DNA of 64,000 nt from the human T2T-CHM13v2.0 reference genome, Homo sapiens: the NCBI RefSeq assembly GCF_009914755.1, contig NC_060931.1. One strand, written 5' to 3'. Position numbers and translations under genes: made by a program. Below the pieces are notes generated by a model. It did not search any database and was not told the origin of the DNA. It saw only the letters and a list, made by a program, of their open reading frames with translations. Each line of letters starts with the position of its first letter. Position 1 is the first letter of the stretch. Below are positions 59,801-64,000 of the stretch, piece after piece.

Positions 59801-59814
59801 GTTACTATGGCAAC
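59801..59814. promoter_or_regulatory. RFX X-box motif
   Basis: GTTACTATGGCAAC vs consensus GTTRCCATGGYAAC (13/14); adjacent AGGCGTGG. Confidence 0.55.
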
Positions 59815-61068
59815 CTTATTCTGATTGAGGAATTGTGATTCATACCTGACCCCACATTTTCCTTTCCCTTCTTAATTGGGTCCTGAAGATTTATAGTGCT
59901 ACCAAACCCTCTCACAGAGCGATACCACATAACCAAAGATAGCTATCTCCTAGCAAGGAAGGCACAAGTAACTTGGGATGAACAAGGTTCAGGGTAGGTA
60001 AGGCTTAGCCAGGGAGATAAAAGTGAGCAAGAATCATCAGAATGCCAAGCCTCCAGGCCATGTCCTGCTATACCACAGCCCTGAAATGACAGAACCAAAG
60101 TAAGACCATAGAAGATGGGTCAGTCTGTGAACAGCAGATAGAAAACCATGAGTTGCTCTTCTAATGATCAGAAAAACACTCATGGATAAGGGAAACAAAT
60201 CTTTGTCCAGAAAGTAGGAGTGGGAAGTACATCTCCAGCTTGCATTTCTGAGTTTCAGCTTTCTCAACTCTAGGACAGACTAAAAATATATACCTTGAAA
60301 TGTTGCTGTAAGGCCCAGAGACACAATAAATTATCTTCAACTACTCAGATTAGTTGTCTGCAATCCCTTCTGAGAGGGAACTTATGGGTGGCCACACTAA
60401 GAATAATTGCAAGTTCTTGGCTGATGTTTTTACCTTAAAAGGGAAAATCAAAGTTCAGGGTCATTGGCAAAGCCGTGAGAAGCTCTCACAATAGTTTTTA
60501 TTTTCACGTACTAAATAAAGTGATTTTCAGTGGTATTTAATATCAGTAGTAAGAATGGGTACTATAGAATTAATTTCCATTTATCTTTAATCCTGTATTA
60601 ATATTAATACATCACTGATGACATTAATAGAGAAGAAAAAGAATGGAAAGTGAGGGATTGTATTTAGGAAAGAAAATCTTCTACTTAGCTCCCCAAACTC
60701 TCGGGATCATCTAAATAGGGACCCACACTGCCAACGTATGCTTCTCCTGTTGGCTGTCACATTCATCAGATAGCCTGATCCGGGTTTCTCCTCTCTTGAA
60801 GGAAATATGATGCATAGACTGAGTGAGTTATTTTGTTTATTTTGGTTTTGTTTGCTTGATTATATTTTTCTCATATGGGGCAGTGTAGGAAATCATGTAA
60901 GCCTTATTACCCCACAACAAGGTGTCTCTAGATCATGCCCCTTGTTCAAAAGGAATTTCCTTCAAGCATTTAACTTTCTTGGAAGGTATTTCCTCTGCAA
61001 TATGTTCTAAAATTATGGCTAGATGGTGGAAATGCTGCTTTATGCTTCAGCATTCTGACATCGTAATC

Positions 61069-61250
61069 CTGAGGTTCTTGACCTGGAATTTATGGGTCTA
61101 TTAATGGAAATCAGAAGGCCTATGAACCATTTGAAATTGTATGAAAAAAATCTGCATGTAGTTAAATATATGCAGTTTTCTGGAGCAACTTCTCTTGGCA
61201 TTCATCTGGTTCTTAAGTTTGGCAGTGACTCAGAAGGTTAAGAATTATCA
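61069..61250. mobile_element. MER103C-like hAT-Charlie element
   Basis: GAGGTTCTTGACCTGG...TGAAATTGTATG...AAGGTTAAGAA. Confidence 0.75.
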
Positions 61251-63759
61251 CAATCTGAGTTCTTTGTGTCTGTTCTCTTCTTGGCACTAGTGTTTATCAG
61301 TGGATTGTCCACTGAGGGTTTGGTGAGAGTAGGAAAGGGGCAACATTAAAGACATTTTTACTGTCTTGGAAAAATATGCAATTATAACATTTAGAGTCCA
61401 TACAACTGTGTATGGCATAGCAGATTAAAGGAAGTGAATGGAAGTTGGTTTCAAATTACATATTTATCAAGTCAATTTGGAGGCATTTTTAAGCACATAA
61501 AAGTAAATCTACATATGTTTGAATTTCAACTACAAAGAATTTATGGTCAAGAGAGATTATGGTTATATATATAACTATATATACTTTATACAGTATATAC
61601 AGTACTATATAAATAGTATATAGTATTTTGTGTATATGTGTATATGGTACTGATCAAGATAGCCCTCCAGTGACCATGATTGTATACTATATTTTGTCAG
61701 ATTCGTTACTCACAGTTTTATGTGGAGGTTCTTCAAACATAAAGCTCTTCTTGCCATTAATTGTTTTCTAAGCCTCTAAATATTTATTTACTTGATTATG
61801 CACACCATTATTCTGAGCAATTTCCCCTACTCTGTCTGGTTCAGATATGTCTTATTTGAATCGCCAATCTCTAGTATGGAGACAGTCCTATCCATACCAC
61901 ATCCCAGAGAGCTAAAGAAGGAGTGGCTTTGTTCTCCTGTGCATTTTACCAGACATACATCAGTCCCTACAAATCAACCTGGTAGAATTTCTTTTAATAA
62001 GGAAGTACTGAGAGAGACAAGATTTAGCTATATCATGTAAATCCAAGCATGAGTATTTTATATCGTGTTTGGACCCAAGTACTCAATAATTGATTATGAA
62101 AATTATATAAATTCTAGCACTAAAACTCAAGAGGTTAGTAATTAAAAAACAAAAGAGCTTTTTTGTTTTAGCATTTCAGGCTCATGCTCATCATGCGTGA
62201 CATCTCACACAGAACAACTGAATCTAGTAATTACAAAAAGAATAAAACTAAAACAGCTTATTGGAGCTGATTGGGCTGATTTTTTTTTCAATTTGTATAC
62301 TTTACACAATATATGTTCTATTAAATTATTCTAAAATAGGCTGTGGGGGTTTTTCCCCCCAGGATAACATGAAACAACTAAATCACCAGATTTTTTTTTA
62401 ATTCCAAATGACACCAGTGTTGCAAAGTCAGACCTTTTGAAAAGGACTTAACAGAGGGCCACGAGACATGATAGGTGCTTAGGGTGCGATTTTAATACCA
62501 ACAGACTGGAAAACAAACAGCATAACCCAGACAAGATGTGACATTGTTCTTTAGCATCCATGTGAAGAGGAAGTAAGATCTTTCTGGGATGTGCTTCCCA
62601 GTCACAGGTGTGGAAGAGAAATATGTTGCATTCTTGATTTACTGCACTGTGTGGGAGATTCTGGTTTGGGGTAAGGAAAGGGAGCATTTCATTGCTTCTT
62701 ACAGTAAAACTTCAGCTCACTTAACTCAGCTGGTGCTTTTGTTTCAGTCTGCCACAAATGAACAGTAAAAAAACATGAAGCATCCCTTAATCCTGTGAGC
62801 CTGGGGTGTGCTGGCTCCTCTCACTGCATTCTCCAGCTCTGTTGCCAATGGAAGTGAGAGATTGACCCCAGGCCTGCAACCACTGTTCTTTGCTCTGCCA
62901 CTAAACCACTGAGCTGTTGACACTTTAATTGTTTTATACCAGGAGGAAACCAATTGTGTTGATGTGAATGTCTTATTCATCAAACATTACAGCCTTCACA
63001 TTTTTAATGAGCTGACACTCCTAGTCCAATACATGCAACCACAGTGAATCAAGACAAGAGTATAGTAACAAAGTTTTCTAAATTATTGCAGTTGCTCTTT
63101 AAAAGATTTGATAGTATTTCGGAACTCCCAATGCTACAATTAGAAAGTCTGTCTGAGTTGTGTATTAATCGAACATGTTCGAGTTATAAAGGATGGCAGT
63201 GTAGTAAAGGTAGGAGTTAATAATGTATATTTTTTCCTTTTCCTTTTACATGCATAGACAAAAATAGAGACATGAGTGAACAAACTATTTATAAAGTACC
63301 TAAGGCGGCATCTTTCTGATGTATGAAAATGTCCAAATTATCCCCATGGGCTGTGTTTTGAAAACTGCAATACTTGGGAAGAAGCTTAGTTTCTATGTCA
63401 TCATTTGTCCAGAACATTGAATATTTCTCATGGGTGGAATAAAACATTTCAATACTAAATGTTACAAACCTGGTATTTTGTGAGCAGTTGCAGCAGTCAT
63501 TTGAAGAACCAGCTGCATTATCTGATTTGATGGCATCCTAAAGAAGACAATTATTTACCCACAGACTTTACAGTGGCAGCTCAAGACTTCATGTATATGA
63601 AAACTGTATGACTGCCCTTGGGTTGGAACCTGGGACTCTCCACCCAAAGCCTCCAACACCTCCTCTCTGCATATAGAAGAAAGCCCAGACCCCTAAGCAG
63701 GACATTTCAGGCCGTTTACTCCACCACCCTCACCTACCTTTCAGCTTTTCCTGTGTCTC

Positions 63760-64000
63760 TATCTGCATCTGTATCCTAACAGGCAAACATGTGTCTGTCC
63801 CATTGGCCAGTCTGTGTTTCCCAGAGTCCTTGCCTGTGCAAGAATGCCCTTCTTTCTCCCTTTCTAGACATTAAATTGTTACGTACTTTTCAGTTATTCC
63901 TCACTGCAGTGGCACCTCTAGGATAGCACTTGTATTTTCCATGTTGACTTATAGTTAGCTGTTGTCCTAGCCACCTCCCCTTCCCAATCTTGAGCTCCTT
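63760..64000 (+). mobile_element. L2 fragment
   Basis: AGAATGCCCTTCTTTCTCCC...TTGAGCTCCTT. Confidence 0.5.

Noticed and set aside
60594-60611. 18-bp perfect palindrome TGTATTAATATTAATACA
   Set aside because: Almost all A/T; plausible by chance or slippage in AT-rich DNA

Overview
AT-rich, CpG-poor primate (human/great-ape-type) genomic DNA that looks intronic or intergenic. I recognise no protein-coding exon, RNA gene or CpG island. Nearly all long ORFs in the track come from Alu, L1 or simple repeats. The dominant feature is a full-length, coding-dead L1PA2-type LINE-1 (+, 41316-47393). It retains an intact-looking 5'UTR and an open, C-terminally extended antisense ORF0, carries a 47-bp internal tandem duplication, and is stacked between a FLAM and an AluY-like element. 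Also present: 14 Alu/FLAM elements including a tight inverted trio, older L1 fragments, an LTR9-like ERV1 LTR, an MLT1 LTR, MER103C, many MIR/L2 relics and microsatellites. Less obvious items: an ancient CR1/L3 reverse-transcriptase remnant with readable motifs, a probable retroposed poly(A)+ 3'UTR of unknown source, two ~100-bp locally templated duplications, a compact perfect hairpin, a fold-back AT-rich Alu tail, a near-perfect RFX X-box and several splice-competent CpG-enriched patches. The most system-like hypothesis, which is speculative, is a minus-strand chimeric transcript driven by the L1 antisense promoter. Subfamily calls were made by eye from remembered consensus features and need RepeatMasker/Dfam confirmation.
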